Of a stretch of 64,000 bases of DNA, positions 1 to 11,504 are shown piece after piece (the stretch's first letter is position 1; every line of letters starts with the position of its first letter). The translations under genes were made by a program, and so were the position numbers. The notes below the pieces were generated by a model, which searched no databases, was not told where the DNA came from, and worked only from the letters and a program-made list of their open reading frames with translations. The DNA comes from Chiloscyllium plagiosum (taxonomy: Eukaryota): the NCBI RefSeq assembly GCF_004010195.1, contig NC_057719.1, positions 55,498,785-55,562,784 on the forward strand, read 5' to 3'.

Positions 1-1429
1 AAAAATGTAGATGTACTTTCCCATACAATTCTGTCAAAGGAAGAAATGGTGCTAATTGGATTGCTGATTACATTGTGAGCTATCAGGAATTGCTTCAAGC
101 TGGGTTGGGTTTATTGAAAATACACTAACATAGCATTCTTAAATACACTATTGTGAATAAAATATTATTTCACCTAAGATCTCACCTGCAAGAATCAATG
201 GACTTAAATTGTATACAGCAGGCCATCTAAATCGGATAAAGATAATTTCAAAATCATTTATCTGAAATAATGATTTTAGTCTTTTTTATGGTAACCTACT
301 TTTCAAGGACCATCAAAACAGAAGAGTTTGCACCTATCTGCATGTCTAATTCAAGGCCTCATTTCCACACTTGCACACTTTAGAAAATTAAAACTTCAAA
401 AAGCAACCTCTATTAGAAATATAAGTAATGAAGGAAAAAATGACAATGTTGCATGGAGATAAACCCTCAAGGGTCTGGAACAACACTTGTACTCCATCTT
501 TTTAATCATACGCAGCCTCCTTCTATAGTTCTGATAGGTTGCAGTTCAATGTTGCTGTGATGGCTTGTTCAATATTTAGCCCATACATTGAAGGTAATGA
601 ATGCCAGGTTTCTAACTGCACAACTTGTCAGAGCCATACAGCAAAAATAATGCACTAATAAGTCTTTGCAATGTAGACTAAGTGAGTAACCTAAATCCAT
701 TACTTTGTTATCCTCCACGGTTGCCTAAACTAACTTTAAAGATACAAAGATCAAGATCTGGGAACTAGCAGCTAATGACAGTATCAGATTTGTGAAGAAG
801 CTAGTGACTAATGCATACTAATAGAAAAGACTTTTCCTGTCGCAAACAAAAGATTAATTAGCAAATATCAATTTGAATAAAAGAGGCATAAACTCTTTCA
901 TTACTTTGCCTGATACCTCAGACATATGCAATGAACAGAATGTATTGCTACAAGCAGCATTTGAATCCCTTCAGTAAGAATAAACATGTTATGGAAGTAA
1001 ATTTTGTCACGGTGCTGCACTTCCTAATCGTGATAAACAACTTTTGGTTCTGAGTCTTGTGGCACAATTATAGTTTCCTGCATTGTTAATGTATTGGATG
1101 CACTTTCAAGAACTCAGATCGACATTTCAATTAATTATAGTTCATTACAATTAAAATCAAAATTAAGTAATAAGCCTTTAGCTTCATATAATATGGTTAA
1201 TACGTTAATTAATTAAGAGCTGATTCTTATTATACAAAACCATTCCCTTTCTGACAGAAAAATAAATTGCCAAATGCTTTTTCTTATATATTTTTATAGT
1301 TTTGTACATAGTTTTATTTACATTTTCAAGGTATAAGTATCAGAGTAAGGATTAGTATATATATGATTACATAAAATAAATACATTTTATAAATCGGCAT
1401 AAAAATGATTTTCGTATGTACTTAATAGT

Positions 1430-2512
1430 CAAGGAGCACAAGGTTTTGAGGGAAATTTAAAGGTGATGGAATTTTCATGCATCTGTTGCCCATGTCCTTT
1501 TAAGTGGCACAGGTCATGACTTCGGAAGGTGCTGTCAGTGGAGGACTGAGGAGATACTGCAATGCAATGTTAATGATACACATTGCCAATAGTGAGCGTT
1601 GGTTTTGGACAGAAGTGAATCTTTACGGATATTCTGTCAATCAAGTGAGCTGCTTTATCCTGGATGGTGTCAAGTTTCTTGAGTGTTGTTGGAGTTGCAC
1701 TCAACCAGACAAGTGGGCAGTATTCCATTACATGCCTGATTTGCGCCTCTTAGATGTTAGGCAGATTTTGGAGAGTCAGGAAGTGGGTCATTTGCAACAG
1801 AAATCCTAACCTTTGAACTGCTCTTCTTGACACAGTATTTAAATGGACAATCCAGTTCAGTTTCTGGTCCAGGATAAACCCAAGGATGTTTATGCTAGGG
1901 GATTTAGAAATGGTTGAGTGGACTGAGGGGGTGATAAATGGCTTGGTTGGATGTGTCTTGCTTTTTGTCGACAAGGCATTCATGGCAATTTTTCACATCC
2001 TTGGGGAGGTGCCATAGTTATAGTTGTATTGGAACAGTTTGGCTAGGGGCTTAGTGAGTTCTGTAGCACATGTCTTCAGTACTATTGCCAGAATGTTGTC
2101 AGGACCCATAGCCTTTGCAGTATACACTGCCGTTTCTTAATGTCACATGGAGAAAATCAGATTGATTAAGACATCAGAATGAAACCAAAATCATGCAACC
2201 AACACCCCTAGCTGAAGATAGATGCACATGCTTTAGTCTTATCTTTTGCACTGATATAATAAGTATTCTATCATTTAGGCCAAGAATATTTGTGTAACCC
2301 CACTCACTTTTAGTTTTAATTGTGCACCACTATTCATGACTGGATGTGGCAGGACTTTAGAGCTTAGATCTCATACGTTGGTTATATGAGCAATGGCTAT
2401 TTTTGCTGCTTGGCATGCAAACATCATACATTCATTAAAATGATACTTCATTTTTAGGGATCTTGGTGCTGTTCCTGGTATGCCATCCTGTACTTTGCAT
2501 GGAAATAGGTTG
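1430..2512 (-). mobile_element. Decayed EN-RT LINE (CR1/L2 group), RT/3' part; continues at 4005-5435
   Basis: ORF 1750-1983 reads INILGFILDQKLNWIVHLNTVSRRAVQRLGFL, a non-LTR RT C-terminal motif. Split from its 5' part by an insertion flanked by the direct repeat CATGGAAATAGGTTG. Confidence 0.7.
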
Positions 2513-2679
2513 GAAAAGCGCAGCAGGTCAGGCAGCATCCAGGGAACAGGAGAATCAACGTTTCGGGCATAAGCCCTTCTTCAGGAATGGGGAAAGTTTG
2601 TCCAGCAGGCTAAGATAAAAGGTAGGGAGGAGGGACTTGGGGGAGGGGCGTCGGAAATGTGATAGGTGGAAAGAGGTCA
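2513..2679 (-). mobile_element. Penelope-like element terminal repeat (inverted arm), runs into N-gap
   Basis: Reverse complement of ~3785-3951. Hammerhead core on minus strand at ~2554-2588 (CTGAAGA-AGGGCTTATGCCC-GAAAC-GTT). Confidence 0.8.
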
Positions 2680-2874
2680 NNNNNNNNNNNNNNNNNNNNN
2701 NNNNNNNNNNNNNNNNNNNNNNNNNNNNNNNNNNNNNNNNNNNNNNNNNNNNNNNNNNNNNNNNNNNNNNNNNNNNNNNNNNNNNNNNNNNNNNNNNNNN
2801 NNNNNNNNNNNNNNNNNNNNNNNNNNNNNNNNNNNNNNNNNNNNNNNNNNNNNNNNNNNNNNNNNNNNNNNNNN

Positions 2875-3150
2875 GGGGTAGACCATTTAGGTCAGAGATG
2901 AGGAGAAACGTCTTCACTCAGAGAGTGGTGGCTGTGTGGAATGCTCTGCCCGAGTGGGCAGTGGAGGCCCAGTCTCTGGATTCATTTAAGAAAGAGTTGG
3001 ATAGAGCTCTCAAGGATAGTGGAATCAAGGGTTATGGAGATAAGGCAGGAACAGGATACTGATTAAGGATGATCAGCCACGATCATATTGAATGGCGGTG
3101 CAGGCTCGAAGGGCAAAATAGCCTACTCCTGCACCTATTGTCTATTGTCT
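2875..3150 (+). mobile_element. CR1 LINE 3' end
   Basis: Encodes GRPFRSEMRRNVFTQRVVAVWNALP...FKKELD (CR1 ORF2 C-terminus); 3' UTR ends in (TATTGTC)n tail. Confidence 0.9.
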
Positions 3151-3159
3151 AAAGGAGAA

Positions 3160-3350
3160 CCAAATGAGTTTCTCCGAAAATCAACAACAGTTTCGTGGTC
3201 ATCATTAGACTCTTAACCCTAGATTTTGTTTTTAATTAAATACAAATTTGACCATCTGCCATAGCAGAATTCAAACCTGGGTTTCCAGAACATTACCAGG
3301 GTCTCAGGGTTAACACTGCAGCGATAATACCACAAGGCCCCTGCCTCCTC
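3160..3350 (-). mobile_element. tRNA-headed SINE 5' half (same head as LINE at ~5000-5435)
   Basis: Minus strand GGAGGCAGGGGCCTTGTGGT...CCCAGGTTTGAATTC (A/B-box-like) followed by GGCAGATGGT; similar to 5150-5435. Confidence 0.55.
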
Positions 3351-3354
3351 TACA

Positions 3355-3462
3355 TCTCCTGACAGTGCAGCGAGAAATGTCAACATGTGTGAGGTGCTCA
3401 GGTACTAAAGTGGGTCTTGAACTCTTAACCGCTGTCTCAGGGAAAGTGTGCTACCACTGAGA
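3355..3462 (-). mobile_element. Second tRNA-derived SINE head (Deu/SacSINE-like), decayed
   Basis: Minus strand CTCAGTGGTAGCACACT...GAGTTCAAGACCC...CTGCACTGTCAG. Confidence 0.45.
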
Positions 3463-3695
3463 TAAAGGACAATTTCCTCCATGTTTAGGTCTTCCGCGGC
3501 GTTGGAAAGTTTGACTTTGAAAGATAAAAACCCATGACAATTCTGCAAATCCCTGCCTTTGATCAGTGTCATTAAATAATACAGCAGATGCCCACAGAAC
3601 GTGATTTGAGACTGCGGTGTTATTCACTCCATTGTCACTGCTGTTTTCCAACAGCTCAAAGTCATTTAATAACTGAGTCATTTGTCTCAGTCAAA

Positions 3696-4004
3696 TCCAT
3701 CGAATTCAGCACCGCCTTCCTAACCTGCAATCTTCTTCCCGCCCTCTCCGCCCCCACCCCAGTCTGACCTATCACCCTCACCTTGACCTCTTTCCACCTA
3801 TCACATTTCCGACGCCCCTCTCCCAAGTCCCTCCTCCCTACCTTTTATCTTAGCCTGCTGGACAAATTTTCCCCATTCCTGAAGAAGGGCTTATACCCGA
3901 AACGTCGATTCTCCTGTTCCCTGGATGCTGCCTGACCTGCTGCGCTTTTCCAGCAACACATTTCCAGCTCTGATCTCCAGCATCTGCAGACCTCACTTTC
4001 TCCT
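3696..4004 (+). mobile_element. Penelope-like element 3' terminal repeat with hammerhead motif
   Basis: Pyrimidine-rich UTR, then CTGAAGA(3879-3885)-AGGGCTTATACCC-GAAAC-GTC, then GGATGCTGCCTGACCTGCTG...CCAGCATCTGCAG. Related to the terminus linked to RT/GIY-YIG coding sequence at 19994-20965. Confidence 0.85.
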
Positions 4005-5435
4005 CATGGAAATAGGTTGATCTCCTAACTTGATGGTAATGAAAGAGTCAAGGATATTTCAGGCCATGAAATTGCAGATTGTGTTGGAGTACAATTCTGC
4101 TGCTGCTGATGGTCCACAGGCCCCCATGAATGTCCACTCTTTGATTCGCTGGATCAATTCAAAATCTATCCAGTTGGCATGGTGCCAGTGCCATACAATG
4201 TGATATCCTTAATGTGACAATGGGACTTCATCTCCACAAGAATTGTGTAGAATGATACTGTCATAGACAGACACATCTGCAACAGGTAGGTCAGTGAGGA
4301 CAAGGTCAAAAAAAAATTTCCTCTTGTTTGTTCCCTTAACACCTTTCATAGCTATATCCTTTAGGACTTTGCCACCTCAGTAAGTAATGTTGCTACTGAG
4401 TCATTCATGGTGATAGATTTTGAAGAAATCCACCCAGAATACATTCTATGCCTTTACCACCTTCAGTGCTTTCTCCAGATGGCAAATGGTGGTTGCAGTG
4501 GTTGCAGGGTCAGAGTGCAGTTGTGGATTAGAGTGGAGGGTGGTAATAACAGAGTAATGATTCATCAACCAAGGGAAGGCAGTAGGCAGTAATCAGCAGG
4601 ATGTTTCCTCGCTCGTTTGACATGCTACTGTAAGATGTTGTAGGATCCAGGGTCAATGCAGAGGAAGGTCTCCAAACATTACTCCTTCCCAACTCTATAC
4701 CACTGTGCCACCACTTCTGAGATGCCTGGCTGTGACAGGACATGCCCAGGGATTGAAATTGTGGTGTCAGGGCATTTCCTGTAAAGCATGATTTTGAGAG
4801 CATGACTATCCAGCTTAACTGGTGTGTGGACATCTCTCGCAATTTTGTCACGAGCCCCCAGATGTTGGTCAGGAGGACTTTGCAGGGTCAACAGTGCTGT
4901 GTTTGATATTGGTGCTGCAGATAGCTGGCTCAAAGCAGGTGATTTATCTAGTTTCATTCCTTCATTTCAGGTTTGTGTGGTTTGATATAACAAAATGGCT
5001 TGCCAAGCTATTTCAGAGGACTGATAAAACTCATCCATAATGCTGTTGGTCTGGTGTCACATGTAGGCCATGCCAGATTTCTTTCCATCAAGGATAATTG
5101 TGAACCAGCAGAATTTTTGCAGCAATTGGCAGAAATGATATGATCACCATGAGGCTAGTTTTAATTCCAGAGTTTACTGAATTCATATTTCACCATCTGA
5201 CATGTTAGAATTCAAATCCTTGTGCCTAGAACATTAGCCTGGTCTGCTCGAATACTAGATTCTGGATTAGTGGTGCTGGAAGAGCACAGCAGTTCAGGCA
5301 GCATCCAAGGAGCGGATGCTGCCTGAACTGCTGTGCTCTTCCAGCACCACTAATTTAGAATCTGGTTTCCAGCATCTGCAGTCATTGTTTTTACCACCTT
5401 TATGCTCAAATACTAGTCCTGTGGCAATATCAAGC
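4005..5435 (-). mobile_element. 5' part of the same EN-RT LINE: tRNA-like head, short UTR, APE endonuclease
   Basis: Minus strand from ~4880 reads KVLLTNIWGLVTKLREMS...PDTTISIPGHVLS...GNILLITAY (frameshifted APE endonuclease). 5000-5435 resembles the SINE pieces at 3160-3350 and 5590-5770. Confidence 0.65.
5257..5402. mobile_element. Fold-back mini Penelope terminus (50-bp hairpin)
   Basis: Arms 5257-5306 / 5314-5363 with loop AAGGAGC; flanked by TGCTC(G/A)AATACTAG at 5245-5258 and 5403-5416. Confidence 0.85.
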
Positions 5436-5589
5436 AGCTGAATGCTGTCTCCAAAATGAAGTCACTCTCAAACCTGATCATTTTATAGACAGGCCTCATT
5501 TCCAGTATAGTGTGTAAACACCACATCTTTTTATTTTTATTTATTTTGAATTGTGAATCAAAACAGGGAAAATGCTCCTTTATACCACT

Positions 5590-5770
5590 GGGGAAGGAAT
5601 TGTTGCCCTTTTTAAAAAGATATTACTGGAACTCATTGTTATATCGCCTACATATAACTCCAGAACCACAGCAATGTGGTTGACTCCTCACTGCCCTCTA
5701 TGTAACTAGGGATGGGCCAGAAATGCAGGTCTAGCCAGTGATAACTATTACACGAGAACAAATTAAAAGA
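5590..5770 (+). mobile_element. SINE 3' half joining LINE-5'UTR-like body to LINE-like tail
   Basis: CCACAGCAATGTGGTTGACTC...ACTAGGGATGGGC...ATGCAGG. Body resembles minus strand of ~5010-5070; tail resembles 25790-25850. Confidence 0.5.
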
Positions 5771-5785
5771 AGCAATGAGGGAAGA

Positions 5786-6501
5786 TGTTTATGACCCGGT
5801 CTCAGTATGCGTGTAGAGTAAGCTTCACCCAGAGACAGACTGCTAATCAGCTTTTCAGTTGGGATCGGTTGAGGAGGCCAGGAGTCATCAACATGACACC
5901 ACCTCTCCAATTAGCCCACGGTCTGGTGGGCAATTTGTGCAAGAACAATAGAGACTGAAGGTCTCCACACTTTCTGCAGATGGAATCTAAACATGAAAGG
6001 TAGTCAATCCCTCTCACTATTTACCATGAGCTGTTGACTCTAACCAGTGTCTGAAGGACTGTATAATTAATGTATCAATGACCTGTGTTTTCAGCAAAGA
6101 ACTGAAAGAATCTGGAAATATGGATACCAGAGAGCAGAAGAAACTTGGAAGAAGCAAAAGGGACCCTTATCGAATCCTGTGGATTGGTGCTATCGAACCC
6201 TGATTACCCAGTAGATTCCCTTCACCCAATTGTGTCCATATTTGTTTATTTGACTATGTCTATCTGCATGTGTGTAGGACTTTAAGAAGGGGTTAGGGTT
6301 TCATAATTTCCTGGAATTAAGACTGATTTCTTTGCAATAATAATAGTTCGTAAATACGTACAGAAAGTTGGTTATTATTTTCTGTTAACCTGAGTCCATC
6401 AGGCAGCTAACTTATAATTTGATTAAACCTTTAACTTTTCTGATGACCCTGGGAGTATTAGGGCTCAAGTTTCAGTGCATTTTCCCAGTTGGGTCATGAA
6501 A
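5786..6501 (+). mobile_element. Old 5' LTR of a Gypsy-type retrotransposon
   Basis: Imperfect terminal inverted repeat TGTTTATGACCC ... GGGTCATGAAA, followed by a degenerate tRNA-Pro-like PBS TGGGGGCTAAAGCTGGGAT (6508-6526). Confidence 0.55.
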
Positions 6502-6659
6502 AGAGATTGGGGGCTAAAGCTGGGATTTATTTTAGAACAGAGATAACAAATATTTGAGTATGGTATTAGTAAGTGATAAAGGATTAAAGGAAACACTAGC
6601 TTCTGTTTTAAATAAAGCAATGCCATTGGAAACTCTCGAGACTTCCAGCAGGCAGCAGA

Positions 6660-6900
6660 GCTGTCCCTGATGAACTTGAAAGAAATTTACAAAAGCCAGG
6701 TTAATTGAATTGTCAAGTAACTTGGGAGTGGAATTGCTTGCTAAAGCTAAGACGACAGACATAATTAAAGTGGTAGCTTAGCATTTGAGTTCAGTGGAAA
6801 CACAGGACGAATGAGGTACTCTGGATAGTGAAACTTTGGAATCAGTTGCAGTTGAAAGAACTTGAACGTACGAAAGAATTAAAGAAACGTGACTTTTTTT
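6660..6900 (+). pseudogene. Gypsy gag N-terminal remnant
   Basis: KFTKARLIELSSNLGVELLAKAKTTDIIKVVA*HLS downstream of LTR/PBS; resembles vertebrate Gypsy gag N-termini. Confidence 0.45.
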
Positions 6901-6944
6901 TAAAAAAAGAGCTGGAGATAGAATTCCATAGGGGCAGAAAAAGT

Positions 6945-8055
6945 TAAGGAATTCCCAAGGTGTTAGCAGCAAGGAACTGGCATCGATACAGAATTAGCTG
7001 ACTGGCAGAAGGCAGAGAGTGAGGATCCAGGAATCAGTTTCAGTATTGCAGCCAGTGACTAATGGAGCTCTGCAGGCATCCATGTTAGGATCACAGCTAT
7101 TCATGTCATGCATTAATGACCTGGACAAAGACATTGAGGGCATTGTTACTAAGTTAGCAGATGACACAAAGATAGGTGGAGGGATCAGTAGTGTTGATGA
7201 TGCAGGGAGGCTACAGAAGGACTAGGAGGTTGGGCAATGAAATGGCAGATAGAATACAATTGTAGGAAATGTTAACTTATATACCTTAGTAAGAAGAATA
7301 AAGGGATTAGATTATTTTCTAAATGGGGAAAGGCTTCAGACATATGAAGCACAAGGGGTCTTAGGAGTCCTAGTTCAAGGTACTCTTAAGATAAACATGC
7401 AGGTTCAGTTGGCATTGAGGAAGGTAAATGCAATGTTAACAATCATTTCAAAAGGGCTAGAATACAAGAGCAGATATGTACTGTTGAGACTGGATTGAAC
7501 TCTGGTCAGTTTTGGGCCTAGTATCTGAGGAAGGATGTGCTGGCATTAGAGAGGGTCTGGAGGTGGTTTGCAAAAATAATCCCAGAGATGAAGGACTTGT
7601 AATCTAAGCAGTGGTTGAGGATTCTGGGTCTGTACTGATGAAGTTTAGAAGGATATGGGGGGGGTGGGTGTCATTGAAACTTATACAAGTTCCACTGAGA
7701 GGCCTGATAGAGTGGCTATGGAGAAGATGTTTCCACAGGCAGAAGAGACTTGAACCCGAGAGCATAGCCTCAAAGTGAAGGGATAATCCTGTAGAACAGA
7801 GACGAGGAGGAAATTCTTCAGCCACGGAGTGGTTAACTTCTGAGACTTATTGCAACAAATGGCTGTGGAGGTCAAGTCATTGAGTATATTTAAGACAGTG
7901 ACAGATAGATTCTTGATTACTAAGGGGATCAAAGATTGTAGGGAGAAGAAAGGAGAATGCGGATTAGAAACTTATCAGCCATGATTGAACGGTGGAGCAC
8001 ACTCAATGGTCCAAATGGCCTGATTTGTTCCTATATCTTATGATTTTATGGTCTA
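6945..8055 (+). mobile_element. CR1 LINE, RT core to 3' tail (5'-truncated)
   Basis: GALQASMLGSQLFMSCINDLD...KLADDTKIGG...LQKD; CR1 3' UTR with TCTTATGATTTTATG tail. Confidence 0.9.
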
Positions 8056-8809
8056 AAACAATTCAGACAAAGATAAAGAGAACCCAGAAGTTGGGAAGGA
8101 ATCTAATGGGGAGAATCCTAGACATAATTTGAAGTCCAGTAAGGAAACGTCTAAGTTTAGAAGGGTGGGCAAGTTGAACATGAGGCAAAACTTTAGTTTT
8201 TACTAATGACAGGTTTGCACTTTGCTAATAAGTTCAAAGAACCTTTCAAGCAGGTCAGCATTCCCAACTTTCACTTTTGGGGAACTAATTTACGTTCATT
8301 AGCATGCCATGAGTATTCATTAACACTGGAATTACATTCTTAAATACAATTGTTCACTAAAAATGGGAAACACGTATTCCCACAAACTCGACTACATATA
8401 AACCTAGTGGGGTAGATAGGTTCTTCCAATCTCTAGTGAGTACAAATTTTGCCCAGTCCTTGGCTCCTTCATAACTGAGCCATTTCTTTATGCAAATACT
8501 TTAGGAAGGGGAAACGCCTGACTAAGTCAAAAAGCTCATGGGAAGTCAAAGTGTCTTCAGCGTTGTTTAATCTTTATTTTCCTCTCACCAAGACTTGGTG
8601 CCATTTTGACAGCCAAAGGTCAGCTTAAAGCAGCCTACTGACTACTTTTCTACGACATGTCTGTAGATACCAAGTCTCTCCTTCAGCACAGACATGTTTT
8701 TCATTGCTCTCCTGTTAGCTCAGTCAACTGTTTATCAAAGTGGGTAAGGAGCCTATGTCAGGCAACATCACTATGTTTGAACTGGTTGTCAATATATGCA
8801 AAAATTACA

Positions 8810-9150
8810 AATTAGGAGCTAGAGTATGCCATTCAGCCCCTTGAGCCTGGTCTGCCATTCAGTAAGATCTGATCTGATTACTCCGCCTGCCCCCAATAAC
8901 CACTCACCCACTTACTTATCAATCTACCTCATCTTTAAAATGTTCGAAGATTTTACATCTAACACCTTTTGAGGAAAAGAGTTCCAAAGACAAATGACTC
9001 ACTGTGAGGAAGATAAACTTTCCTCATCTTGTCTTAAATAGGCAGCCATTTGACGCCCTATTTTTAAGCAGTGATGCCCTAGAACTAGATTCTGCCTCAA
9101 GTAGAAACATCTTTTCCATGCCCATCCTGTGAAGATATCACAGAATCATG
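8810..9150 (-). mobile_element. CR1 3' end fragment
   Basis: Plus strand GGAGCTAGAGTATGCCATTCAGCCCCTTGAGCCTG is the inverted CR1 3' UTR. Confidence 0.7.
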
Positions 9151-9599
9151 TGTGTTGTTCCCCTACAGAGGGAGAGCAGCACTAAGAGACAATAACATGT
9201 ATACATGAATGTGTTTACTCATATGTAAAGATACAGATGCCAATCCCCAGAATGGTGATGCTGTGTAAGTGAGAAGAATATGAGGTGGGGAATGTTAGGA
9301 GTTTGATTGATAGATTATTTAGTGTCATTAAAGAGCTAAAATGCATTTAATCAATAATGCAGAATATGGTGTATGTCCGTGAGAAAATCTGTGATCTGTG
9401 ATCCCAAAGCAATGTTTTCTGCTTGTGTCCTTGTCTATGCAAGTCCTTATGGAAACATTATCAGATGTGTACATTATCATTATGTGTATATCATCATTAT
9501 TAGATGTGTACATTCTCCCAGTTCTGAAGAAAGGCAAGTGAGTTGTTAGTGTTTATGTTTTAATTGTGATGTTATAGAATTTTTTTTAAAATAATGAAG

Positions 9600-9952
9600 G
9601 ATAGAGATAGAATTAATGGTAGTTGTCTTTTCCCTAGGATGGGGTATTACAAGACTAGGGGGCACACTTTTAAGGTGAGACTAGAGTTTTATAAATGACA
9701 TGAGGGGCAAATTTTTTATACAAGAGGGTGGTTTGCATATGGAATGAACTTCCTGAGGAAGTGATGAATGTGGGTGCAATTACAATGTTTAAAAGACATT
9801 TGGTTAAGTTCATGAATAGGAAACGTTTGAAGGGATGTGGGCTAGGAGCGGGCAGGTGGAGCTAGTTTAGCTTGGGATTATGTTCAACAAGGACTGGTTG
9901 GACTGAAGGGTCTGTTTTCATGCTGTGTGACTCCATGGCTCTATGACTATAT
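9600..9952 (+). mobile_element. CR1 (HER1-like) 3' end
   Basis: ACTAGGGGGCACACTTTTAAGGTGAG...GGAATGAACTTCCTGAGGAAG...(CTCTATGA)-type tail. Confidence 0.85.
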
Positions 9953-10189
9953 GTATGAAAGCCAATAGCACTAGGGTGCCAACTGTATTATTGATATCTG
10001 CAATAAAGTGACAGATATTGATTGTACATGAGGTATCAAATAAAGATGCCTGGCAATCAATCTTGACTGTGGCATTCCTGTGCAGTGGCAAAATTACAGT
10101 GCAAACTCACTTGCTGTAGGGAATGAATCATTCAATAGACAGTGGTATAATGCTGGTAGAACACAATAGTTGCTGGAGCCAAGTTTTTT

Positions 10190-10360
10190 GAAGTTGCCTC
10201 AGAGATGTTGACATCTGCAACCAACTCCGTCAGGCTGCCCTCATCAGTCAAGGTGACCTCTTGATGAGGTCATCCCTTAGAAAAGTATTTCCCTTCTCTC
10301 CTGGACAGCCTTCAGGAGAATCTCTCGGGAGACTAAACCACGGTACTGCTTTTCACTCAG
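10190..10360 (-). pseudogene. Myb/SANT-like remnant of a Harbinger (PIF) ORF2
   Basis: EILLKAVQERREILF resembles the N-terminus of the Harbinger/NAIF1-type Myb domain; stops follow. Confidence 0.4.
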
Positions 10361-10874
10361 TGTCTGGTACCTCAGGGGTGGGTGGGGGTGATGAACAGAG
10401 ATTCTGTGATGTTTTCTGAGTTGCAGAAAATGAAGTGCAGTCTGTGTGTCTATTAAGTATGGCACCTGGAAGTTAGAGGTCCAGGCAGTCCCAGCAGGGG
10501 ACAGGACTTCCTGACCACCCCATCACAAAATTTGGCATTGCATCAATGCTTGAGCATGCAGTTAGCTGAGAAGTACATAGTTATGCAAGTAAACCCACCC
10601 ACATCTAAACAGAAGCAGCTCCCAAAGTCCTCCTCCACCCATAATGTCAAAAATAAAAATTCCATCCCATGTAAAGGTATTTTTTTCCGTGCACTTGGGT
10701 ATAATTTATAATCTGGGCATAAGTAAATTGAAGAACTTAGGACAGGTAGAGTCATGTGATTAAACACAGTGCGCCTGATTTTCCCTCATTCACTTGTATA
10801 ATGTAGATAGGTATATTATTCATTTGCAGACTTACAATTCTTCTCTGATTCATTTGAACTAATTAAAAATCAAA

Positions 10875-11180
10875 CCCTCTAGTTCAGGGTCACCAGCTTA
10901 AAACACAGAAAAGGCAAAAGGAAATTCTCTCAAGGTAGCGGATGGAGGGTGGCCTGTGTCCTGAGACACTCTTCCTGAATGACTGCTGGTAGCAGATTTC
11001 TAAAGCAATTTTCAGGCAAAGGCAAATAGACTCTTGTTAAACAAGGGGATGAAAGATTATCAGAGATTGCAGGAATGGGTATTTGATGTTACAATCAAAT
11101 CAGTCATGATCTTATTGAATGGCAGAGAAGTCTTGAGAGGCTGAATGGCCTATTCCTTCTAGTTCATACGTTCATATGTA
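10875..11180 (+). mobile_element. CR1 3' end fragment
   Basis: GATCTTATTGAATGGCAGAG...GGCTGAATGGCCTATTCC followed by TTCATACGTTCATATG tail. Confidence 0.75.
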
Positions 11181-11504
11181 AGTAGGTTATCCCCAGGAGT
11201 ATTTTCATTTCTGTCTGATTTTTCTACACACATTCTTCCCAGGCAATCACTTATATTAAATGAAAAGGAGGATAATCTCTCCCACTACTATATTTAAGGA
11301 AAAATGTATATAAATATTTAAAAAGAAAGAATATTTTTTAAAAATGAGGAAGTGTATTAGAGAAAATTGTATCAGTTGAAGAATTGAGTTATGATACAGG
11401 TATAATGGTTTTCTATGTTATCAGTTTTGTGATTTTGTGAATTGATAACATACCTGTCTACATTATATAAATAATACATTAACGTGCAAATGCTTTAAAT
11501 AACT
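10955..11504 (+). repeat. Source copy of local ~550-bp duplication
   Basis: Near-identical to 13868-14429 (TGTGTCCTGAGACACTC ... GCTTTAAATAACT). Confidence 0.95.

Noticed and set aside
2555..2917. Several ORFs spanning the first N-gap (likewise 19991-20837)
   Set aside because: Their length comes from reading through Ns; the flanks are Penelope/CR1 pieces.
9455..9516. Short imperfect repeat of (ATT)AGATGTGTACATT
   Set aside because: Simple slippage duplication with no spacer structure; not CRISPR-like.
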